From contig NMRA01000314.1 of the NCBI GenBank assembly GCA_002633005.1, positions 433,234-497,233 on the forward strand: DNA of 64,000 nucleotides, in the 5' to 3' direction. The notes beneath the pieces were generated by a model that saw only the letters and a list, made by a program, of their open reading frames with translations, ran no database searches and was not told where the DNA came from. Shown piece after piece: positions 30,722 to 40,000 of this stretch. The first letter of the stretch is position 1. Every line of letters begins with the position of its first letter. Origin of the DNA: Phoronis australis (Eukaryota; Animalia; Phoronida). Made by a program: the position numbers and the translations under genes.

Positions 30722-33700
30722 TGTGTGTGGGTACATGTTAGAGAAAGACGTTCCCATTGGTCTACATGTTAGAGAGAGGCATTCCAATTGGGTTACATGT
30801 TATCTAGAAAGACGTTCCCATTGTTCTACTATCTTAAAGAATGTACAAAAAGTAATACAAGTACATCGCAAATTTGTTTCATGATTGGTTTCACACGTCT
30901 TACAAACAGCATGGAAAAACAGACTTGCGTGTGATTTGAGTACTCAAGACTGCCAAGCTTTACAAGAGGTGAAATTGCCCAATCGCTCCACAAACTTTCA
31001 CTTTTCACGGGATGAGATTTTTGATTTTTGGGTCAACTCTTGCCTAAGTTAGGGCACCGATCTTTGGCTATTAACTTGTACCAAGGGAAAATCTGTTACC
31101 CTACAATGAATGATAACCTAGATTAAGCCTGAAGACAAACACAACAGTCATTTCACCTGTCACAAACCTGTGATTAAAAGACTTAACCTCACTTGAGGTT
31201 ATCATGAGTTGAACTCAAACCAGCCTTTTGTAACTTAGGCAAACAGTTGACAAAAACAGCACAAATAATGCATACTACTAGAAAAAAACCAAATGTCAAA
31301 TCAGTCCAAAACATTTGATAGAATCTCATTCACATTCATCTATTCACATCCCTGAGACAAAACTTCCCAAGGTAAAATGATCACAACTGATTGCAACACC
31401 ACCTGGCTACACTTACTTATCAAAATCCTAGTTCATAACTGTTCATGATTTTTGCCATCCCAACCCAAACCCAAAGCCACAGAACTGATCTAACTTCATC
31501 GTCAACACTGCTTCATACCATACTCCGATGCTCCACACCAAAAATTTGAGATGCTCTCAACTTGAAAAAATGCCATAAATGAGACACGGTACACATAGTG
31601 CTCATTGGGACTGTACTTACCGTATCTTCCCACTCACTTTCCCCATTATGAGATCTACTTTGGCGCGTCAGAGTATTTACTGGGTAACCAAGACCCAAAG
31701 TTCCACTTAAGTCCAAACTCAAGATATGTGTTTATTTTTATGTGTTGGGATACATCACGGTATATACAGATGCATGCCTATTCCAAGTTTGCACTTCATG
31801 ACCCCTGGGAGTAATATACATATAGGTCATCAAGTGCAACGTAGGATTAAACATTGATCCACATAACCCATAATGTACTCATGCATAGTGTTTAGACAAA
31901 GGTAGAACTAAAAATGTCAAATATAATTTTGAGTTCTATTTCAAGAACAAAGATATTAGACCCAGGACCCTGGTGGTAGGTGAAGTAGAGCACAAGTATA
32001 ACAATATTTGCATAGTGCTATCCATAGCCAAGTTACTTCAAATTCGAACATGGCCAAAATCGTAATTTTTTCATTTTTCAAATGCTCACAGCTTTGCCAA
32101 AATATGTTCAAAATTTTTTAGAGCATTTGCTGATGACAGCCGAATTAAAATTGTATTTTTGTTTACTCCTGTTGAAATTTTTGATAAAACAAATTTTACT
32201 GTTAAGCCATGGTGTGTTCTAATTTATAGAAACTTAACTGTATTAGCTTTTAAGATAATATCTTAACTTCAAACTTAGTCTGATGGTTTAAACTTTTCAA
32301 TTCAAAGAGAAATCAATCTCCAGAACATCATATGTACTGAATACAACAATGCTGGCAATTAAAGTGGGCACAGAATCTATAGACAACATTAAATCTGTAC
32401 TATTCCCATACTCTGAACCCATACCAGTAACATAAACCTGATGAAAACGACCATTAACATTATGCTATTATCAATATTATACCAACACTAGACTTTAGTG
32501 AATGTCTCCAAAGAATATGTGAAGTGAAGGATACATCACAGATCAATATAATAACTGAGAGGAGGACCTTCTGAGTAATGAAAGCTAACCTCAATCTCAA
32601 GAGAGGCTACACCGGCCCTGAGCTCTGACAGGGATAACATTAACAGGATTGAACGTTATCCAATAATGTTCCAGTTTGACATCATTCAGAAAAAAATCTA
32701 TTATATCATAAAACATTTAATTTCCTAAGAGCTCCATAAGGTGAAATTGTGTCCCACACACGCACCTAGATGATTAAGATTAATCACATTCTACACAGTC
32801 TAAATTGTCCAAAGTACTCTCTATCCAGTATTCATAACCACTAACAAAGACCAGTATAGGGCCGCTACCATAAGGCCAATGATGCTTTAGCTACAAGCCT
32901 TCCGGACCCCCTCCCCCCAATCCTGTGCCTCCTTGAGTTAACATAGGGCAATTCTCCACCAAAATTTGTCCAAAGTACTCTCCATCCAGTATTCACCACC
33001 ACTAACAAAGACCATTATAGGGCCGCTACCATAAGGCCAATGACGCTTTAGCTACAGCCTACAAGCCCTCCGGACCCCCTCCCCCCCAACCTTGTGCCTC
33101 CTTGAGTTAACATAGGGCAATTCTCCATCAAAATTTAGGCTGCAGGTTGTTACTAGAATTCTTATGTTGTTATAAATGTACTTGTCTCCATGCATAAATA
33201 AACACTGCTGCATAAAACATGTCAGTCCATTACTAGCTTGGTGTCTACTGTGAAGATATTATCAATATTTGATAAAATGTCCAGCATTTTCAGCAAAGTA
33301 ACAAGCCATTGAAAAAAATTCATATTTTAGCAATTGTTTTCAGCAAAATAAGGGAGGAATTACGAATTACCTTACTGCTTTGGGCCCCTGCATAAAGCAT
33401 GCGGTGTATTCTAAGGTTTCCTGGTTGGACAGGGCCCAGGTCACCACATGGAAATGTGGAGCCACCAGTAACAATGACATTACTACTATGAATCACTCAG
33501 AGCTGTGTTTTGCTTTGTTTCATTGTAAAAAAAACAAAAATCGAATAAGGCCCTTTACTGTATCATAAAATCGGACTCTAATAAGATTCTTTACAGTGAT
33601 AGAATTCTATTTCCGCTACCAACTACACATTGCCAGTTTGTATGCGACTTGAGTAGCTAACAGAAATGGATTTCTGTTATGGCAAAGAATATCATGAGAC

Positions 33701-36634
33701 TGGTTTTAAGAGAGAAAAAAGTTCAATTCAATTTTCAGTTGATACGGGTCAAAATGTATCTTTACGGCAACGAATGCAGCGCCATCTGGCCTTAGCATGA
33801 TAGGGGAATTTTGCTTGATTTTTAAATATTTGTCAAAGGTGAAGGTACTGCTCAGGCACTAACAAGCAATGCCTGCTAACTAACAAAACAAACTCTGGAA
33901 GGTTCAGCTAACTTCACATTACCACCACTCCTGAAAGGTCGTTAGAGGTTCATTCATACTAGTACACGTCCCTTATCAGACATCTACATACGAGTAAACA
34001 GTACCAAAATTGTACCTGTGCATTTTACCTGGAGATATATTTGTCTCTGTGATGGGTTCATTATTTAAACCCTATGAATCTTATATGTGTAGAGTTTTTA
34101 ACTTCTTCATTAGTAAGTTCATAACTGTGTCATGTAAGCGACTCCAACACCTGCAAGTAGCATAGCATTTTTTGCTCTCTAGGTAAACACAAACCATGAA
34201 TAATCAATTGTTACACTGAATAACTATTGGCATTATTGAAATAATTCTTAAAAGAAATTGTAACCTGTTTAACTGATAATATCTCTGTTCATCAAATTGC
34301 CTCTAGGTGGCATTGTTAAGGTCTAGATGTATGGTGTGTTCTTACTAGCCAAATATCAAATGCTTGACTACCTATGATGAATAGTCGTTAGTACTACTAA
34401 CTTGGTGTGTTTTGTGTATTAATTAACACATAGTTTGATAAGCTAGCCCACTAGCATTTAAAGAAAAGTTAACCCCAAAAGTTAACGAAGAATGACTCAC
34501 GCTGGCTCATAAAGGTGTACACTATACTTCAGGTAAACCAGGCCCTATCCCAAGGATCTATGTTTGGTATGTACAGTCCCCTCTAGTAGAGATTGTAAAA
34601 CATCATAACAGTTACATTCATGAACACCCCTGCAATAAACAACTTAAAATTGGAACCAGTTGGCACTGAATGAATGAAGGAATGAAGGTTTGTAGCAGGT
34701 TATTAAATCAACAACACTCATAAAACCTCCTTAATATCAATTACAGCAGAAGGGCAATCAGCCAAGAAAAGACTATGAAAAATGAATGAAGACAGTTATG
34801 ATCTGATGGAATGAGCTATGTTTTTGTTGCAGTATCTCTCACTTTAATGACTTGAAATTCTTAGTTAATGAAGCTGTAAACGACTTTTGATTAAGACTCC
34901 TCCTAGCTATTATGAAATCAGTCTCAAAATTGCTCTTTCATAAAAACAGAATTGGCTTCAAATGAACGAACAAAAACAACGTGTCATTTTATCCGCTGAT
35001 CATATACTGATCACATGACATAAAGGAATGACAAACTTTCAGTTCTTTGCAAACACAGGTATCATTTCTCAATCAGAGTAAGGAACAAGTTAGGATCAAT
35101 TTTATAGCAGTGAGCGGTATAAGTCATAAGTACTCAAACAGAATGCAGGTTTAGACCTGGGTCAAACGAACATCAGCTATCCCACAAACCTGCTGGTTTT
35201 GATCTAAATCATCAAAACTAGGTGAAAGTTTGACTCAATTTTTTCCCGCAGTAGGTCCAATAAAAGACAGTAACAACCAAATTTGCTTGAGGCAAAGCCA
35301 AATAAGACCATAACTCAAAACTTGTGAATTTCCAAAAATTTCACTGGTGGTGTACTTAGTCCCCTTAAAGCCTAATTTCAACATAATTTTAGATGCATTG
35401 GGCTAACCAGATAGCCCTAGCAAAATACGAAAACGCGAGTTCAATCACGCAAATGTAACCCCATCAAATAATAGGTGAACCTGCCTTTTCGTGCCATGTT
35501 GCGTCACTGCGAGATCCCAGCACAAACAACAAAAGGCTGATAACAGTTATATTGAATAGGGTCATAGAACATCATTGCATGCGGATGTTATTCGCAGCTG
35601 TTTGAATTAAAAGGTGATTCTCGCGGTGACATAGACAAAAGCAACCCTAACATTTTGTTACATTTCGTAATTTATGGCACTAGCAGGTTCATAGTGATGC
35701 ATTTAATATACTGTAGGAACCAAATTTACAGGTGTTACCGTTCAAGATAGGCTTTAACACCTAACAACCATACTAGTAAAGTATCTACTGCAGCTAGTTG
35801 AGATGGTGGTACTATTATCTACCATAAGTGTTGTGTGTCTCAGTTTAAACTCCTTGGGCTTTAACCCCAACTGCAGAAAATTACCCTGACTCTGGGACTT
35901 GAACCCAGGTTGCACTTGAGAGAGACGAGCATCTATCTAAGTCATTCAGCCACTTGGCAACAGACTTAAAACAGGCTATATCTGGCTGTACGTTACAAGC
36001 GGAAGTCATGTGTCACAACAAAACTGACAACCAATTAAATTATTAAAGACATTATTCATTCAACTGTTGAAACTGGCCAACACTAACAGATGAAAGGTCA
36101 TTTGAGGACACGGACTTTTGCCATCGGTCAGTGTAGGGCCTGTTATTCACTAATTCAACACCAGCCCAAATCTTCAACACATGTACTCAGTTACCCTTTT
36201 GATTTAATCCAAATATCCACTGACACTCACACCTCATAAAAACATTCAAATTAACAAGCTTAAATCACATACGAAAAATTTATTGATGAACAAAAAATAA
36301 TTGTCAGAAATAACACCTCATTAAGTGATTAAGAGACAAGATTAACTCACATCTAGTTTCAGTGCCTATGCACAAACCGTGTGAACGAACACTAAAAACT
36401 TGTGGACCTGCCAAAACGCCGGTCACTTTTTTTTCACAAAGACTTTGAGTCAGGCCGGTGTTGAATGAAAGGAAGTTCACTGCAGACAGAGCTATGACCG
36501 AGTGCTCGCCGTGCACTCGTCTCGACTCTCCTACACTTTCACACAATTTTCAGGGAGAAAAACCTACCTGGTTCGTAGAAATTCGCAATATCCACTGCCT
36601 TGAGAGCACCCGATTGATTATCACTAGAACTCAT
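426..36634 (-). CDS. TRIO: TRIO/Kalirin-family RhoGEF, N-terminal part (Sec14/CRAL-TRIO domain start); exons 36634-36568, 1230-1159, 540-426; gene continues beyond window start
   Basis: Spliced translation [84 protein letters not shown] resembles human TRIO (DIAAFF...[28 protein letters not shown]...LISYLACIP, recalled). GT-AG junctions are phase-compatible. TRIO and KALRN cannot be separated from this fragment. Confidence 0.85.
650..820. repeat. ~43-bp minisatellite, ~4 copies
   Basis: gtatcatcaacaaaa-like core recurs at 671, 712, 755, 798. Confidence 0.85.
1159..1230 (-). CDS. TRIO: TRIO/Kalirin exon 2
   Basis: 72 nt, phase 1-1; acceptor tttcag, donor GTAACA; encodes [23 protein letters not shown]. 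Confidence 0.9.
2514..2550. repeat. (CA)n microsatellite
   Basis: Visible CA/CGCA run. Confidence 0.9.
4762..6010. mobile_element. TTAA-flanked non-autonomous DNA transposon (Kolobok-like), ~1.25 kb
   Basis: TTAA at 4758-4761 and 6011-6014; 19-bp TIR GGTTATCTCA(A/T)ACCTTATT with one mismatch. Confidence 0.8.
6237..6572 (+). pseudogene. Acidic ORF fragment inside the Kolobok-like element (possible accessory-gene 5' end)
   Basis: 111-aa ORF, D/E-rich with LRPYEL motif and internal GTAAGT donor near 6456; lies within the TTAA-bounded element. Confidence 0.4.
6695..6893 (-). pseudogene. Degenerate THAP (C2CH) zinc-finger coding relic, transposase N-terminus
   Basis: [41 protein letters not shown], then after a frameshift [11 protein letters not shown]; ends at a GTAAGT donor; in-frame stop present. 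Confidence 0.75.
9772..9910. mobile_element. Short palindromic (foldback) MITE-like element
   Basis: Central palindrome AATAACGGGCCCGTTATT with inverted arms GATTTAGAGAACCA / TGGTTCTCTAAGTC; related degenerate copy at ~42125-42230. Confidence 0.65.
11606..11759. other. Assembly gap (N run) followed by poly-C
   Basis: Run of N; C homopolymer from 11760. Confidence 0.99.
14921..15168. mobile_element. MITE with CAG(T/A)GGC(A/G)GATCTA termini
   Basis: TIR CAGTGGCAGATCTA / TAGATCCGCCTCTG; TAAAC on both flanks; similar element at ~51827-51984. Confidence 0.75.
16760..16985. mobile_element. Right-end fragment related to the 4762-6010 element
   Basis: Shares ggggttattttgc, tttcagaaaatatatactttta and terminal agataaccTTAA. 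Confidence 0.6.
17487..17769. repeat. ~28-33-bp minisatellite (cattgatggcccatattatgaacatggatacaa)
   Basis: About 9 degenerate tandem copies. Confidence 0.9.
18873..18971. repeat. (GT)n/(GTGC)n microsatellite
   Basis: Visible compound repeat. Confidence 0.95.
19114..19256. repeat. 27-bp minisatellite (ttgtttcactaacaccagcacgcattg), ~5 copies
   Basis: Unit recurs at 19114, 19141, 19168, 19195 and onward. Confidence 0.9.
19381..20780. mobile_element. TA-flanked pogo/mariner-like DNA transposon remnant, ~1.4 kb
   Basis: Termini TACGGTAAAAAATCCCGAATTCGGCACAG and CTGTCCAAAATTCAGCAATTTTTACCATA are imperfect inverted repeats; subterminal aatttcggaca repeats; related fragments at ~54225-54570 and ~56380-56605. 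Confidence 0.65.
22175..22362. repeat. 46-bp minisatellite, 4 copies
   Basis: cattaaatcccagtcctggaccatcagacacc unit at 22175, 22221, 22267, 22313. Confidence 0.92.
25305..25716. mobile_element. Degenerate non-autonomous DNA element (Harbinger-like motifs)
   Basis: Direct and inverted ttgacaccgagc motifs and an inverted tttacac/gtgtaaa pair; ends not clearly defined. Confidence 0.4.
28886..29392. mobile_element. PIF/Harbinger-like MITE, 507 bp
   Basis: TTA on both flanks (28883-28885, 29393-29395); imperfect TIR GGCCCTTTCATATTGAC / GTTAGTATGAAAGGCCC; internal repeats gagttaagcgttcatactgcac; locally CpG-rich. Confidence 0.8.
30673..30729. repeat. (GT)n/(GTGC)n microsatellite
   Basis: Visible repeat. 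Confidence 0.95.
32803..33136. repeat. Tandem duplication of ~161-165 bp, 2 copies
   Basis: ttgtccaaagtactct...ccttgagttaacatagggcaattctcca starts at 32805 and 32966. Confidence 0.9.
35894..35959 (-). mobile_element. tRNA-derived SINE head
   Basis: Reverse strand shows B-box GGTTCAAGTCCC; related copy at 49314-49384. Confidence 0.55.
36568..36634 (-). CDS. TRIO: TRIO/Kalirin putative first coding exon
   Basis: ATG at 36634, 22 codons + 1 nt, strong CAG|GTAGGT donor in the phase needed by exon 2; AVDIANFY resembles TRIO LADIAAFF; next to the LSM5 promoter region. Confidence 0.75.
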
Positions 36635-36982
36635 TCTTTAAAATAATCCACAGAACCGCCGTCAAGATTTTATTTTGTTCATTTTCGTCGTCTGTTTTCA
36701 CTCTATTGATGAATGAAATCGCCTTCATTCGACTCCTTCCGACAAACTTCCGGTGACTTCGTGAGAGTCTTTTTAGATTGATAAAACATTGATTCACTAA
36801 AAGATTACAACAAACTTATGGACTTCTTCAAAGAAAATGGATCAGTGTGTCAAATGAAGTTTTTAATTGTTCTTCAATCCTTTAACTAATAAAACTTCTA
36901 ACTAGAAAATACAAACTACGAGTTTATTGTTACGAGTTCAATATGGCTTTGCCTGTTATCGTATCCTGTTCCTGTGTGAAAA
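36635..36982. promoter_or_regulatory. Putative bidirectional promoter between TRIO/Kalirin and LSM5
   Basis: Divergent ATGs 348 bp apart; ETS-type ACTTCCGGT at 36746-36754; YY1-like AAAATGGC over the LSM5 ATG. Confidence 0.6.
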
Positions 36983-37022
36983 ATGGCAACTCTCTCAAGT
37001 CCAACGCAGTTGTTGCCGCTTG
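36983..37022 (+). CDS. LSM5: LSM5 exon 1
   Basis: ATG...[13 protein letters not shown], donor GTAGGT. Confidence 0.92.
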
Positions 37023-40000
37023 GTAGGTGTTTATACCTTTTATGGTTGTTCTGTAAGGCTGTAGATGTCCCTTCATACACTGGTATATTATGAGCACATT
37101 ATAATTTAGAAAAACGTTTCTACAAATTGGGCTACGCGCCTCGCGGTATGGAAGCCACATTTATTGTACCTGGCCTCACTCACAATTGAATGATTGTCAA
37201 TGACAATGACATTGACAATGACAATGTAGACAGTGTCAGTGACGACCGTCTCTAGCTGGCCAGTTGACGCTGCTCGTTGGGTCACGAGACAGTTCAATCG
37301 TTTATCCTATGTTGGCTCAATGTTAGAAATCCTAAACAGACGCAAAATCTGTCTGCTGAAAATGTTTTATTAAAAATATGATAAGAAGTCGGTGATCATC
37401 AATTCTGATGTTACCCCTATCACAGATCTTACTGTCTCGGGCATCTGTACCAGAAGGTCATCCAACTATAGTATTCCAATAAATAGGACAGATTACTGGA
37501 AAAAGACATTCTTTCCTGGAACAGTCGCGGACTGGAATAGCTTGCCAGGCTGCATTACATCAGTCCCTTCTCTTGATATCTTTGTCAGCTAGCTTTCTGC
37601 CTTTCTGAAGTAACATAGTGGGGTGCATCCATTCAGAGCACCCGCTTACTGACTGCCTTATCTGTTAACGATCTAGCTATGTTAACCGACCTCTGAAGTG
37701 ACATCTACTATGTATATATATATATATCCTTTTAAACCTGTTATAGTTGTTCTCGTTTTTGTTGATCTTCATTGTTATACAGTGACATAATATTCTAGAG
37801 AGAGTGTTGTCACTTAAACCAAGAAGAAGAAGTATAAGAACCTTTTGCACACCTTAGGACCCGTTAGGAAGTGTAATACACAGCAACGCTCAAATCTCGC
37901 TTTATTTACCCACAATGCTTTAAACATCAATCAGGCGCGTTTGCTGCCTGGTTTTCATGCCACTGGAGTTTAACATATTATTTGTTGTTATCTGGTTTTT
38001 ACAAGTTTTTCTCTATTACATTACTCTATTCGTCCTTCCAATGCCAACGAAGCATTACAGCTATGCTGTGGGCTCCAACTCTGATGTGAGAAAATTTGTT
38101 AAAGTGGACAAATACCCTTGGATACATGATCTGAAATTCTTCACTTTCCTAACATCAATGACGGACATGAAAATGTGACAGATTTCCAAAACGAGGTCAC
38201 GCGCTTTCTTATTTCCGGGACAAAGTAGAGTTCTATCGCCGTGTAATCCAGGACTGTCCTGTTCCTTACAACTCAAACAAATACTCCCATTTTCAAACTT
38301 TTTCTTCTAGAAATCCTTCGTTCAGTTCCCAAAATCGAAAATTGGCCATTTTTGCACAGCGCACACCAGGAGATATGACGTTATATTATTAGCAAAGCAA
38401 TGGTATCAATAACATGATCAAACTTCATTTGATTTGAAACTTTCTAACTGAGATCTCAGAAGCACTAATATAAATTACTCTTTCGTTTTATGTGATTTTT
38501 ATTTTTTCTACAAATATTGTAAAAGACCTATTTTTATAGTGGACTATTTGCATTTTTAAGCTCTGATGTAAATAAGTGAACCTTGAAATTTCTGCATCTC
38601 GACGTTCAAATGTTGACGTATGTACTACACTTAAGTATGGCCCTTTTGAGAATTAGACCGGTATAACATGATTTCCCAGCATCTATGTCGTTTTCAGCCA
38701 GTGTTTTGGATAGCAACACACGTGAAAACATCATGGCCCATTTTGTCATAACTTTATGTTTGTATTTCAGAACTGGTTGACAAGTGTGTGGGATCAAGGA
38801 TTCACATCATCATGAAGTCAGATAAAGAGATAGTCGGCACTTTGCTGGGATTTGATGATTTCGTCAGTATCCTTTGTAGTGTTGAAATATGGCTATTGGC
38901 ATGTACAACTGATGGGGGTGTTGAAATATGGCTATTGGCATGTACAACTGATGGGGGTGTTGAAATATGGCTATTGGCATGTANTGCATTACATCAGTCC
39001 CTTCTCTTGATATCTTTGTCAGCTAGCTTTCTGCCTTTCTGAAGTAACATAGTGGGGTGCATCCATTCGGAGCACCCGCTTACTGACTGCCTTATCTGTT
39101 AACGATCTATCTATGTTAACCGACCTCTGAAGTGACATCTACTATGTATATATATCCTTTTAAACCTGTTATAGTTGTTCTCGTTTTTGTTGATCTTCAT
39201 TGTTATACAGTGACATAATACTCTGGAGTGAGTGTGGTCACTTAAACCAAAAAGAAGAAGTATAAGAACCTTTTGCACACCTTAGGACACCTTTAGGAAG
39301 TGTAATACACAGCGACGCTCGATTCTCGCTTTATTTACCCACAATGCTTTAATCATCCATCAGGCGCATTTGCTGCCTGGTTTTCATGCCACTGGAGTTT
39401 AACATATTATTTGTTGTTATCTGGTTTTTACAAGTTTTTCTCTATTACATTACTCTATTCGTCCTTCCAATGCCAACGAAGTATTACTGCTATGCTGTAG
39501 GCTCCAACTCCGATGTGAGAAAATTTGATAAACTGGACAAATACCAGTGGATACATGATCTGAAATTCTTCACCTTCCCAACATCAATGAGAGACACGAA
39601 AATGTGACAGATTTCCAAAACGAGGTCACGCGCTTTCTTATTTCCGGGACAAAGTAGAGTTCTGTCGCCGTGTAATCCAGGACTGCCCTGTTCCTTACAA
39701 CTCAAACAAATACTCCCATTTTCAAACTTTTTCTTCTAGCAACCCTTCGTTCAGTTCCCAAAATCGAAAATTGGCCATTTTTGCACAGGGCACACCAGGA
39801 GATATGACGTTATATTATTAGCAAAGCAATGGTATCAATAACATGATCAAACTTCATTTAATTTGAAACTTTCTAACCGAGATCTCAAAAGCACTAATAT
39901 AAGTTACCCTTTCGTTTTATGTGATTTTTTATTTTTTCCACAAATATTGTAAAAGACCTATTTTTATAGTGGACTATTTGCATTTTTAAGCCCTGATGTA

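Noticed and set aside
35894-35959. Functional tRNA gene (also 49314-49384)
   Set aside because: B box present, but I could not form a convincing cloverleaf and the copies are diverged; better explained as SINE heads.
37957-39705. Pairs of near-identical small ORFs suggesting a duplicated gene cassette
   Set aside because: They lie in LSM5 intron sequence duplicated at the 1-N junction and show no recognisable protein similarity.
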